NCBI GenBank assembly: GCA_964270895.1
Contig: OZ185435.1
Length of the DNA: 64,000 nt
Strand: one strand, 5' to 3'
Source of the DNA: Podarcis filfolensis
Lineage: Eukaryota
The position numbers and the translations under genes are program-made. This document shows, one piece after another, positions 1-23,533 of the stretch (position 1 is its first letter; every line of letters starts with the position of its first letter). Under the pieces are notes generated by a model, which worked only from the letters and a program-made list of their open reading frames with translations, was not told the DNA's origin and ran no database searches.

Positions 1-3000
1 GGTCCTCAAACTTTCCAACTCTAAAGCCCACTTGAGACGGCTGAAAATTACTGAGGCCCACCAGCTACAAAATGGTGGTGCGGGGGGGGGGTGAACCAGT
101 CATGAAATGGTGCCAGGGTGGAGGCAGAATTTGGCACAATCTGCTGGCAATTACTGGCATCATTTTCTACTGAGCCATATTTGGAAGTTCTTTGCTTGAG
201 CTTTTTCCTTGTGGCAGAGGTGTCCCATCACTTCACTTTTCTCAAGCTAAGTACAAACATTTTTTCTGGAAGTATTGTGATGTCCTCCGCATTTGCTGAT
301 GAAAGCTTTTTCTTTTGTTTTCCTTTCCTCTACATGCCTCTTAAGTGAATATATATATTACCTATCTTCTGTAATTTCTTCTCTTATTTTCCTTATTTCC
401 TTCCCCCAAACTATCACTTTCTTTCATCCCCCTTCCTCTAGGCTGAGATCTGCATAGACAGGGTGAAGGGTGCACAGCCCGTGAGTCTTCTCCTGACACT
501 TACAGATATTTCTATTGCATCTAGCTGGCACAGTGGTTTTATTGGAAAGATCAAGAAAGCAGGGTTTCAGCAGTTGGTGTGCCCTCCAGCAATGATGATG
601 TCAGCAGGAGAAGGGATTATGAAACTGGGTGTCATGCTGGCACTTGCTGCTTTCTAGAGCTTCTACCCCAGCTCAGTGCACCTGACCTATATCCAGGCAG
701 CCTCACTTAAAAGGCTCCTCAAAGTTGCTTGTCTTGTTTCTAGGATGTGTGAAGATTTGGGGGCCTCTGCATCTGGGCACTGCAGGGGTCCTCCATAGGA
801 AGGGGTTGCAGTTGTGTCGCAGTGAATCAATGCCCTGCTGTGTGATGGGCTTCATTATTTGTTTGAACAGCAGCGCTGCATGTCCCTTTCATTGAGCAAT
901 CCTTACAAAGGGTATGGAGAGCAGTTCCTTTGCCTACAGACCTTACACACCTTCTCTCCCCTCCTCCAACTCTAAAGACTCATCAAAAGTTCTGTGCATT
1001 AATAGGCACAAGGGCTCTGAATGGATGACTGGCTAGTAATCCAGGCCTTTTTTTTTTTTTAGTCCTATGACTAAGGAAAGGTTCCTGCACAACCTCCAGC
1101 TGTTGTTAATGCAAATCTCAGGCATGGAGTCATTATTCTGTCACTTGCCCAGGAGCTATATGAATAATTAATATTAGCACACAAGTGGCTTTATGGCCTT
1201 TTTGCAACTCCTTTTCCTAAATGTTTACATGACCATTTGCCTTCCTTTTGTGGACATGTGTTATAAATAAAAAGAACATGAATCGGCACTGTGTTCAGCA
1301 AAGTGAGTGGATGCATGCACCAGTAATGTTCATCTGATGTGCACACTAATAGGCTTCTTGAGTAAGGCAGCCCTTTTGCGGGAGATTCCAGTGGGGGGGG
1401 TGGAAAGGCAATATGTGAATGCTTTTTGCTGTTCTTATCTAGGATGTTAGGTTGTGGGGCAGTGATCAAGCTATGGGGCATTGCCTTTCTCCTGGAACAA
1501 AGTTATGGGATTAGAACCTGACAGAGGGGCCTCGCCAACATGTCCATACACATCCTGGGAATCTGGCATTTTGGATACCTAAACACTAACAATATGCATC
1601 TCCCGGCAGTGAGAGATTAAGCTTTGTAGCATGAAGTAGAGATGTGGGAAGCTCTTCTCATTTGCCTTGGAATCCACAGCTTACTGGGCAAACTAATGAG
1701 GCTACAAAAGTTCAACCTGATCCCTTGGAGTTTGCAGCCTGAATAAAATTGGGAGTTATTCACACATGTTGCATTCCTTCAGCTTGTAGCATAATTCCCC
1801 TTGCTTTAGCATAGTTATCGCTGATAGTATGTGGATGTGTTTACACAGTCAAATACCACTGGAAAGCTCACTTGCAGGCAGAATCTCAACTGTTATTTTA
1901 TAAAAGGCAAAACCCTTTTTTCCAAGAGAGACACCCTTCCCCACCAAGAGTCACCCGCTTTATAATTAACTGCTCTTACTTTTCTAAAAACCTCTTTTAG
2001 AACTTTGGAACTGAATTCAGCCCCGTCCCAAGAGTTGGGGACAGGTAACAGTCTTGTACAATAAAGCTTAGGAGCTGGGTTCCTGTCTCCAAAGTCCTTG
2101 CCATGGAAGTCACATAGTCCCCAGGATATGGCCCCAAGGCACCGTATGAGACCACCACTTGGCTGAAGCTAAAGAGGTCTGGCTCTGGGCAGTGCCTGGG
2201 CGGAAGAAAGGTGGGATATAAACGTAATAAAATTAAAAAGAGCAACAAAACAGGGAGAATGCAGGGCAAGATGGGAGTGACTGGGTTTTAAACTCAACCT
2301 TAGAATGGTGGTTTGTAAGCTGCCTATATTCAGGGCTTTCACATCACTACAGATGTACGTTACAGCACAAGATTGTCTGTGATGGGAAATCCTGTCTTTC
2401 TTTCCTGATCTTTTTGCTGAGGAGCCCTTTTCAAGGAAGCACAGGCTTTTCCAGATCACAGTATGAATGCGGCTGCCTTTGATATGGCCACCTTGTTCCT
2501 AGAGGCTGCTGCTAATGAGGGCTATGCGGCTTGGGTGGTGTGGCTTATAACTCTACCCGGGGGGGGGGGGGGGGCTGAAGTGCTAGGAAATCATAACCTG
2601 GTCCACAAACCCAGTTGCACATCTTGTATAATAGGAAATAAACCCTACAGTTCTGTTCAAATAGGGGCCCTCGAAGAATATGCACCACAATAGCATGTTA
2701 GGCTGTGGGAATCGTTGTTTGTGAATATGGTAGACTCCACCCATGCACCCTCTCTTCTTCTCTCCACATATCACCCCAAGGCTTATGTTCTTTACAACAA
2801 AATCTGGGCTCCCCCACCCACCCTTTGAAGCAATGCTGGGTAACAGATCTGTGGTGCTTGGAGTTGGTTCTGTAAAAGTTTTAAGGAGGCAAACAAACAG
2901 CAATGTCTTCTCCTCCCCTTAATGCACTGATTATAGCAGTTGCTTTCCCTGTTCCTTTGCAAAATAAATGAATAAATAACTAGTTTGTGCCTTCTTGCCT

Positions 3001-3912
3001 GTGTTGTCTCACTCTCTTCCATAACAGACAAATGGCAAAGGCTGTCTGGTCTTCTTGCATTTTACATATATGCAAGTAAGACATGGAACCCATGAGAGAC
3101 TGTCTGGGCTAGGGTTTTTTGTTTGTTTGTTTTAGACACACGGTGTTAATGGGAAGGTACAGATGTTTATGCCTTTGCACTCCGGTGAGCAGGGAAATGA
3201 GGAAGATCAGGGAACAGTCATGAATGCGTTTTCCACTTGGTTTAGCCAGTGACCCTTCAACCTAAATGGAGCCTCTGTCTGGTTGGTAATTGCCTCATGG
3301 GTCTCTGAGGAATGCAGCAGGCGCATTGGAGACTGGAGGGCTTAAGGATTAGCTTTGTGAACAGCAGGATGCTAAGCTGGAAAAAAATCACATGAGAAAC
3401 TCTTGCTTCCCTTTAATGCTTGCCAGTCACTGGAGAAAGAGACTGGATTCAGCCACTTATGGGCATGGGGAAAGATGCCTCCAAGTCTTGATAATGGAAT
3501 TTCTATGTTACCGTTCTTTTTGGAGATTTCTGACAGCTCTGTACATGTACCCATTTTCTGATGACTGGAAACTACTAATTCCACAGCGTTTACCCATTTA
3601 AATCCAGGGGCTTTGCTCATGGTTGGGTTGTTCACCAAATTAAAAGAATTATTAGTTGATTGATCATCTGTCTGTTGACCCAAGGTATGGTCTGAAGGCA
3701 TATGAGCCCACAACCTTGCTGAAGTTAAACAAGCCTGATTCTGCTCAGTGCCTGGATGGGTCCCTCCTGCTAGACTGCATGTATGCTGCCTTGGGTTCCA
3801 TAATAGAAGAAAAGTGAGGTATACATGTAAGAAATTAAATATAATTTAAATAAATAGGCATATTACCCAAAGCCAAATCTAGGTTCATTGAGATAGTGAA
3901 GTTAAGTGTAAG

Positions 3913-3934
3913 GTGTGTGTGTGTGTGTGTGTGT
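3913..3934. repeat. (GT)11 microsatellite
   Basis: Direct reading. Confidence 0.95.
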
Positions 3935-4635
3935 AAAGCTAGTTACACATTAGCCAAATGAATGGCATGCCAACATTGCCCCAAAGTTCTATTCCCTTAA
4001 CTCACAGTCCCACTTGTTTAAAATGTTCATAGATTTAAAATTGGTTTCTGTTGGCCAGCTAATTTTTTCCGATGCTCTGCCAATTAAAAGGTGCAGCGCA
4101 AGTGCAGCATCTGTTCATCGTCTGATGGTCTTTACTGATGGGCCCACCTAACGTGAGATCTGCAAGACAGCTTTGCGAGGGACTATATCAGATCAGGGCT
4201 TCCCAAAGACATGTTGGTGCCTGGGGGCCAAAGGCCCAAATTCCATGGGTAAAGATGGGGAGCCAGCAGCCAGGATGTTTTCTTTCACACTCTCCATTGA
4301 TATGGTGCTCATTTCAGTGAGGCTTATGCAGGAGAGAATTAATTGTGCCTCTTGGGTTAAAACTGTCTGTCTCCCATTCCTTAATGCAAGGGTGGCTAAC
4401 CCTGTTCCTCCAGTTGTTGCTGGACTACAACTCCCCATCATCTCTTACTAGTGGCCATTCGAGTTGGGACTGATGGGAATTGAACATCATCTGGAGGGCC
4501 ACAGGTTACCTGTTTTTCCTCTTCCATTAAAATATTATTTACTTAGATATTTACATCCTGCTGCTTTTCAGTATGGCTTACATGGTCAAGGAATTAAAAA
4601 ACCCCCAGCTAAAATTCATAAAATAACAGTATATA

Positions 4636-4924
4636 CCGTATTTTTCGCCCTATAGGACGCACCGGCCCATAGGACGCACCTAGTTTTTTTTGGGGGGGGG
4701 GATAAAGAAAAAAAATTATTCCCCCCCAGCCGCGGCTTCAGCGCGCCCCACGCTCCGGGCAGCAGGCTGCTATCCGCAGCCTAGGGAGCCCTGCGGGAAC
4801 TCCCGCGGGCTCCCCAGGCTTGCTGATAGCTTCCTGAAGCCTGCATTCGCCCCATAGGACGCACACAGATTTCCCTTTCATTTTTGGAGGGGAAAAAGTG
4901 TGTTCTATAGGGCGAAAAATACGG
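4636..4924. mobile_element. Non-autonomous Tc1/mariner-superfamily (Tc2-like CCGTA end) MITE, family A copy 1
   Basis: TIR CCGTATTTTTCGCCCTATAG / CTATAGGGCGAAAAATACGG, TA on both sides. Confidence 0.88.
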
Positions 4925-5991
4925 TACATATTAGCAACAAAAATAAGTGAAGGCAGTATAAAATCACATGGCAGAGATGAAACTTAGCTTTGAAGCTAAA
5001 AGGCCCTGCTTGCTTTGTGTGTCCCTCCCTCCTTCAATCATTTCCTCTTGCCTTTCCCCATCTTGTCTGACATTCCCTTTATTCTGTTGGATTTTAATAC
5101 CTGTTGTGTTTGTTTTAGAAAACTTGAATGTGGTAGTTATTGGAAATAAGCTTAAATGTGGCTTCCATATAGCTGACTCTGCAGACTGCCAAATAGAACA
5201 GCCGAGGTATACACACAGCTTGCCTCACATCACTGAAGGGAGCTGCTGATTCTGGAACATTTGCAATTGCATTGCCAGCATCAAAGGCTGTGTGTGTGTG
5301 TGCATGCGCACTGTCTGAAGCACCAAGGTGGCAGGAAGTGGCAGGAGCGCTCTCAAACTGGGAACAGCGCAGTGCGCTCTGACTCAACACTGATATCGCT
5401 CCTGCCGCCAGAACACCAAGTTCTGTGTCAGCTGTGAGGTTCAGATGTCAGCAGCTCAGTTATGCATCAGCACCCATTTGAAGTACAACCAACCTGGGGC
5501 ACAGTGAAGTCTGCAGGACTGCACACTAGGGTGCACCTGAAGCATAAGCAACCTGGGGATTTTGCTTGTTGGTTTGTGGCGGTCCAGCCATTTATGCACT
5601 GCCACTGTTGCCTTTCTCTCCACTACTGATTCAGGCAGGAAGGCACAGAGCAACTTCTTTGCATCCAATAGCATCTCCACATTGCCATTCTTCCGTGCTC
5701 TCATTTTGATGCTGCAGAGTAGAACTTTGGGACCATGGAAGGTATCCAGGGGAAAGAGAAGTGCCTATTCTCTGGTACACTGTTAAGCTCATTGTTCAGA
5801 GTCACCCATGTAGGTTGCACAGCTTTGTGCCTGCCCAGTCAGTCCTGTTGCCAAGCAAATGACCACCACAAGCTGGAGTGTCTATCTTGCCTGTTTTGTA
5901 CTGCAGAGAGCTTGTGAATGGAAAATATGCATCTGACCCCTGACCCCCAGGAGGTGCCCAAAGTCTGATGACATGAGAGAAGCCCGTTGCA

Positions 5992-6182
5992 CAGAATCAT
6001 AGGATTGTAGAGTTGGAAGTGTCCCTGAGGATCAGATAGCCATCCGACCTCTGCATAGATACCTCAGAGGAAGGAGAGTCCACCACCTTCTGAGGAAGTC
6101 CGTTCCATTGTCGAACAGCTCTTCCCATCAGAAAGTTCTTCCTTATGTTTAGTCGGAATCTCCTTTCTTGCATAAGAGTAGT
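5992..6182 (-). mobile_element. CR1 LINE 3' fragment
   Basis: Minus strand reads RFRLNIRKNF...VRQWNGLPQKVVDSPSSEV (CR1 ORF2 C-terminus) followed by an ATTCTATGATTCT-type tail. Confidence 0.85.
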
Positions 6183-6470
6183 CATTTCTCAGTTTTCTGT
6201 CTTTGCTTTGAACATCAATTTATATCTTCTTATCTGGAAAGTCCCAGCTCCTAATCTTCCTGCCCTGCTCTCTGTTTGTAACTCTGAGGAAGTTGTTCTA
6301 TGCGTTTTTGCAGAAATTTTATTTTATTTTAATTCACTGCAGAGCCGGGCCCTAACTTTGAAAACAGGGTTTGAGCCATGCACACACTGACAAATCTGTC
6401 TTTCATCAGACCAGGGTTTAGTAGCGCAAGATTGCTCTGGTCAAGCTGTTAAACAGAAATGTAGGTATTA

Positions 6471-7470
6471 CCGTATTTTTCCCTCTATAACACGCAGATT
6501 TTTTCTCCTAAAAAGTAAGGGGAAATGTCTGTGCGTGTTATTGAGCGAATGTGTGGTCCCTGGAGCTGACAGGCGCGAGTGAAGGCAAAAATCAGGCAAA
6601 TATCAAATCGTCCGGAGAAGGGAAGCCTTGAAAAGAGGAAGCTGCTGCTTTCCTGCATTCTGCCTCAGGGTCTTACTGCCCACCCGCTTCTGTTTCCTTA
6701 CTGTGTTTGCTCAAACGGCACAAAGAGCAGAGAAAACCCCTCCCCTCCAGGCAAGCAGAGGGGAAAGCAGAGTGTTCTTCCTTCTAATTCCTCTCCGTGC
6801 GTCTAGGGACTCGCAGGCAACATGCAGGTGGGAGGGAGAGAGAGAGAGAGAGCTGGCTGGCTGGCTGGCTTGGGTGGGTGGTTGGGGGGAATTTTTGCCT
6901 TCCTTTCCTCCCTCCGGTAAAACCCCTCTCCTGCATTCTTAGCCAGCTGCTTCTCCGCACACCCCTCTCGGTGCTCCTTGTCCCTTCTATGTTTTTCCTT
7001 CCCTCCCCACTTAAAACGTGGTTCCAATCACGGATCCACATGGATCCTCAGGATCTTTGCATTGAGTCACCCCAAATTCACCATCAGATCACATAGCAAT
7101 GATCTGATGCAAAAACAGGGCTGCAATGGTGCAAAAACGTGGTTACAAAGCACGGATCCACATGGATCCTCAGGATCTTTGCATTGGGCTACCCCAAATT
7201 CACCATCAAATCACATAGCAATGATCTGATGCAAAAACAGGGCTGCAATGGTGCAAAAACGTGGTTACAAAGCATGGATCCACATGGATCCTCAGGATCT
7301 TTGCATTGGGCTACCCCAAAGTCACCGTCAAATCACACGTCTGTGGCCGCAGCATGAAGCACAAAAATGATACAGCCACTGTTTCATTCAGATTTTTTTT
7401 TCTTGTTTTCCTCCTCTAAAAACTATGTGCGTGTTATGGTCAGGTGCGTGTTATCGAGCGAAAAATACGG
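6471..7470. mobile_element. 1-kb non-autonomous Tc2-like DNA transposon with internal tandem repeat
   Basis: 26-bp TIR CCGTATTTTTC(C/G)CTC(T/G)ATAACACGCA with 2 mismatches, TA on both sides. Confidence 0.85.
7014..7337. repeat. 122-bp tandem repeat, about 2.6 copies
   Basis: CA(C/T)GGATCCACATGGATCCTCAGGATCTTTGCATTG recurs at 7029, 7151, 7273. Confidence 0.92.
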
Positions 7471-7708
7471 TAATTTTATCGCTTCTGTAGCCCTTTTCAG
7501 CATAATAAAGTGCTTTGGAATTCTTGTCCCCACAAAAATTCCATGAATTGAGGTAGTTTGAGAGATAATGTTTTACAAGAGGCCACTCAGTGAGCTTCAT
7601 GGCTGAGCAAGGACATCTACCTTATCTCCAAACCAAACACTGTTTCCAATGACCTGTACTGGCTGCTGTTCATACTCTGGGCTGCAAGTTTCGCTTGGGA
7701 AGAAAGTA

Positions 7709-7910
7709 CAGTGGTACCTCGGGTTAAGTACTTAATTTGTTCCGGAGGTCCGTTCTTAACCTGAAACTGTTCTTAACCTGAAGCACCACTTTAGCTAATG
7801 GGGCCTCCTGCTCCCTCCGCACCGCTGGAGCATGATTTCTTAACCTGAAGCACCATTTCTCGGTTAGCGGAGTGTGTAACCTGAAGCATATGTAACCCGA
7901 GGTACCACTG
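7709..7910. mobile_element. Tc1/mariner (pogo/Tigger-like) MITE, 202 bp
   Basis: Perfect 18-bp TIR CAGTGGTACCTCGGGTTA, TA on both sides, internal TAACCTGAA subrepeats. Confidence 0.9.
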
Positions 7911-8616
7911 TATTAGTGAATTGCCTCTGCTGAACAAAGGAGTGCTGGGTTAAGTGGCAAGGGCTCATTTTCAGCAATATATGTTAAAACAAGAGACCTT
8001 CATGTTACCCTTTCCCGTGCGTTTCTAGAACTGGGTTCAGCTTGGATGACTCAGGTGCTGATTAGGGTGAAAGAAGCACACAGCTGAGAGTTCAAGGAGT
8101 TTTGTTTGGCAAGTTCCTACTGGGAAATTATCTACTGCTAAGCCAAGGGAGTTGAAAGAGTAGGATACTTTTTGCTTTTCCAAATCCTGGCTGGTGGGAC
8201 TCAGAGAGGACTCCTTGGCTTTCTCAGATGCGATCGTCAGCTTGCTGTCAGTGCCCACAAATGCTATTAGACGTCCTGGTGACACCTTTTGCAGTTCCAG
8301 CATGTTTCAAGACACCCTTGGCCGTTTTGGAGAAGGAATGAGGCCCCCGCTACTGGGGAGGCTTCATGGGAGAGGAGGATGTGGCTGTTGACCTCAAATC
8401 AGGAGACTTTGCTGGTGCAAAATGCATAGGCTGTGGACTCACATCGGAACAAAGCCCATTTTACCCAAAGTTGGGGGCAAATGTTTCAGCTGCTTGCTGC
8501 TGCTGCTGGTTCTGGAAAGCCAAGTCTAGCAAAGTCCTCCGTTTCCATTTTGAGGATCAATTCCGCCGGTTAACATTTTTGGTCCACTCTTTTGTTCTTC
8601 TCTTGCAGGGTGTAGG

Positions 8617-8652
8617 ATGCTGGCCCCGGTGCGGCTAGGCCTGCCCACATGA
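8617..8652 (+). promoter_or_regulatory. Upstream ORF (MLAPVRLGLPT*) in the LARGE2 5' leader
   Basis: ATG 8617 to TGA 8650-8652, inside the exon starting at 8609, out of frame with the main ATG at 8667. Confidence 0.65.
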
Positions 8653-8666
8653 CCTTTGCCACCATC

Positions 8667-19793
<11,127 letters not shown>

Positions 19794-20569
19794 ACGGCAA
19801 GACGTACACCAAAGGACAGTCTGTGCAAGGCAACTCATGCCCTGCAGAGGAGGGACAGCAGACCACGCTCGTGTCCTGGAGCAGTTCAGACCTACGGCAG
19901 AGCCACCCTCCCAATGGTAGCCGGGTGCTACACACTTTGTCTAAGTTGTGGGTACAATTGCAGCCGGTTGGGGTGGGCCAGGTGGCATATCATTCATGGC
20001 TATGGAGCCAATCAAAACAATGCTCCCAATCTAAATCAGGCAAGTTACATACATTTGTGTACATCTGTTTCCAAACTGAGGGGGGAAGCATGGGAATGAA
20101 GAGGAGGGAAGGTGTGCTCTTGAGCTGACATCCTGGAGAGCCACTTCCTGTTGGTGTGGACAGACCAGTGGCCTGACTCTAAGGCAACTTTCTCTGTTGC
20201 TGTTTTGAGGGTGGGCCTTTCCCACCCCATGAGCCTGATGCCTTAATATAGCTACAGTCACCTGTTTCCTGTGGTAGAAAGGTAGACTGGACGTGGAAAT
20301 TGAGACTTCTACTATGTGTTGTGTCCCTCTATCAGTGTAGTAGCCCCATCTTATTTCCAGCTCTTTCATTTGTCCCCTCTAAGCCAAAACCAAAATACGA
20401 CATATAAATCATATAAAGTGAGCATCTAGAAAATCTTACGTGAGCTATTCCTATACATGTGGCAAGAGGGACTGTATGCATATACAGGCAACCCAATTTG
20501 TGCATGGGTTGCATTTCAGGGTACTGTGCGTGTTGGTGGAGCATGCATAAGCCCACCCCACCCTGTCAC

Positions 20570-20634
20570 CCTGGCGTGCTCAGGTCCATGGGGTCATGAA
20601 GAGTCGGACACAACTAAACGACTAAACAACAACA
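20570..20634 (+). mobile_element. 5'-truncated Bov-B (RTE) or Sauria-SINE-type 3' end with 12-bp TSD
   Basis: cctggcgtgct..gtccatggggtc..aagagtcggacac.act...caacaaca flanked by CCACCCTGTCAC at 20558-20569 and 20635-20646. Confidence 0.8.
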
Positions 20635-23489
20635 CCACCCTGTCACACCATCTTGCAGGTCCAAAACCAGCATATGTGTGCACAGTTGCACGTTCTTTGA
20701 ACCCATGCAAAACAGGAGTTGCCTGTAACCTGCCTTTTACAAATCTGCATAGCCTTCCTGTTGGTCATGGATCAGGGCTTTACTGATGGGAAAAGGATGA
20801 TGTGGGACCCATTCTGAAAGAGTTTAAAGTGGGGAACCTGAGGCCTAGGGGCTGCATGTGACCCTGCTTATCTCTATGGGTGCAGCCTTTCCTTTCCTTT
20901 TTATGATGTGTGTGTAGAGAAGCCCTGCACTGGAATAGAAAATATTTTAGCACAGGGTTTCCCTACACACACACAACTACAGACAAGGCAGAAGAGTCAC
21001 AACTGTTGCTTCACCCACATTCTACCTTCGGTGCTATTGACTACCATCAAGAAATGTGGCTGTCAGGCGTGTTGGTAAGGAACCTTCTCTCCAACCTGCC
21101 TTGTGCCTACTTCATGGATAACGTTACTATCTAGAAAAAAGCCTAGTGTAAGGAAAACCAGGTCCTTGTTACAGGGGCTATATAGCGCACATGCTTTGCT
21201 GTGAGTACATGGCTGAAACCAAGATCCCTTTAGTCCAAATGAACTTCTTTCCAACAGGGTTCAGGCGAGGATCCTTGAAAATGTGTAAGCAGGGCATTTT
21301 GGAAAAAGCCCAAACCCTGCTTGCCTATTTGCCCCCCACCCCCACATCTAAAATGCGGGTGTAGTTCATCTCACCAGAGCTAAATAGAACCTCTTATCAT
21401 GGCTACTACTCAGTAAATCTTGTTTAGCTTGATGTTGCACATCATTGCCAAACATACTTTCCTCCTCCCATGGAGGAACGCAAGTCTTGCCCTTCCTATA
21501 TCTGCTGGAATATGGCCTTGATCAGCTGCTTTCCTGAGTAATATCAGCTCAAACTGTGTGTATGATCAGGAGCAAGGGCTGCACAATTGGGCCTTGTGCA
21601 GGAGTCCATAATGGAATCGGATTGTCTTCAGTCTAGATGCAGTTAAGTGTCACAGCTGATTACAGATTAAGTCTGTGCAACCATGGAAGTAGGCAAGTCA
21701 ATGCATGCAGGCTGCCGTCCTGATAGCTGCTTGGTGAACCTGATGCTCGAAGGGACTAATTCCACTTCTTGAAGAAAGGAACACATGAGCATCTTGCTGT
21801 ATCTGCAACTGACGTAGGGTCTGTTAATGAATGCTGTAGCTGAATGTCTGTGCTGGGAGCAGCTTCAGCCCAGCCATGGTCCACAATTATCAAACACTGG
21901 AGCACAAGGATGGAGATGTAACGGGAAAACTCTTTCCTTGCTGTTTATATAATTTAAGGTGATTTCTCACAAGCTGTAAATGATTTGGGTGTCATAGATT
22001 TTCTGGTAGTTTCTCTCTTTGGTTCTGGAGTCTGTCTAGGGTCTTCTGCTGCTGGACTCTTTGATTTTTCCTTTGATTTCCTGGAATTCAAGAGCTTCCA
22101 AAGTGCTGGGATTAAAGTTTTCCATCCCGCTAGACAGGCTGATGTAAACGCTGAAACTGTCCCACACTGAGCACTGTACAGCATGGGCACAAGTATTCCT
22201 TTTTAAAAAAACATTAAAGTTTTGAGGAAAATCCTTTTCAAGCTGCTGTGAGAGTTGTTTGGTTATTATGTCCACATAGTATTAATGCTTTCCTCATTTC
22301 TACTAGTCATGAAAATGAGCAACAGGGGAGAGAACAAACTAGAGAAACAATTCCTTCAGGGAACTCTTGGCTACAACCCACAAATCTGCCAAGGACAGGA
22401 AAGTATTCTGCATGGTATCCAACTTTCTTTTACTCGAAGTAGATCCACTGAAATTCATGGGCCTTAGTCAAGTTAATTAGTCATTATTTTCAACAGGTCT
22501 ACTTTCCGAGTAAAACTTAGTTACCACCCACTTGGCACAATCCATACAGGAAGCTATTACCAGAAGTTGAAGCCCAGTTGACTTACTCTACAGCCTTTAT
22601 AGCACCAAGCTGTCAGTGACTGCAGTAGACTTTGCCAAGTTCAGGTCATTGCCAACTCTCCTTGCAGGTCCAGGGAGCTTTAAATTCTGTAAAGAAGGGA
22701 AACTGAAGCCCAGACTCTTTACCATTATAAAACTTTATATTTTATTTTTCTACAGGCCAAGAAATAATAAGTATAGGAGAGGTTCAGCTTTGCAGGCGTG
22801 CTGTAAAGGTCCCCTACCTGCTTTTGTGGCTAATCAGCTGTGATATCATAGATACTGCAAACCTTTAACTGCTCAGAAGAACAGCCTCAAAGTGTAGAAT
22901 GAGGAGGACTGGAGGGAAGCATAAGGTCAGTACAGCTGGGAAAAGACCACATTGCATTGGAGGATTTTGAAAATGGGAGAAAGGAGCTCAATATAGGATA
23001 GCAGAGCACTAAATGGACAAAAGACTCTTGCCTATACTATAAGCATGTGATGGTGAAGAAAACTGTTGCAATGGGGCCCCAGGGGAAAAGGCCAAGTGAG
23101 GAGAATTGAAAGGATGGAAGAGGAGCTGAAATGCAGCTCTGAGTGTTCTCTATTTATACGGGGCCTACACTAGAAATACAAGACAGAATTAGGCCTCGGG
23201 CTAGCCTTAGTTTCATTCAATTATGTATTCTTAGCTCCCTGGCAATACCCCTGCCATGATTGGCAAGCAGCCGCCTTTCCAAATCCTGGAAGTGCCAATA
23301 TCGATCTGCCTGAAGGTCTGCACCTTTAGGGTGTGGCACAACATACCTGTTTGCAGTTAAACCTTCAGCTTTGATGGGAGAAGCTGCATTTCTCTTCGTT
23401 TGCAGCTTCAGTGTGGATAAAGCAAAGGGGGATCAGCACACATGAACACAGCTGCATGATAAATAACTAGAGACAATAGATTTCATAGT

Positions 23490-23533
23490 TTTATTTAGTA
23501 AAATGTTAAATAAATACAAATTGATCGTTTATT
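23490..23533 (-). terminator. Probable distal PHF21A poly(A) signals (AATAAA at 23533-23528 and 23495-23490)
   Basis: Two minus-strand AATAAA, a TGTA between them, U/GU-rich sequence downstream. Confidence 0.55.

Noticed and set aside
7014-7337. CRISPR-like array (also considered for 59923-60001)
   Set aside because: Eukaryotic context, contiguous tandem units without unique spacers, no cas genes
1-8600. PEX16 exons (upstream neighbour in human synteny)
   Set aside because: No recognisable PEX16 peptide in any frame; presumably left of the window
21954-22190. Lys/Ser-rich minus-strand ORF between the genes as a small gene
   Set aside because: No splice signals, start context or recognisable homology; length compatible with chance
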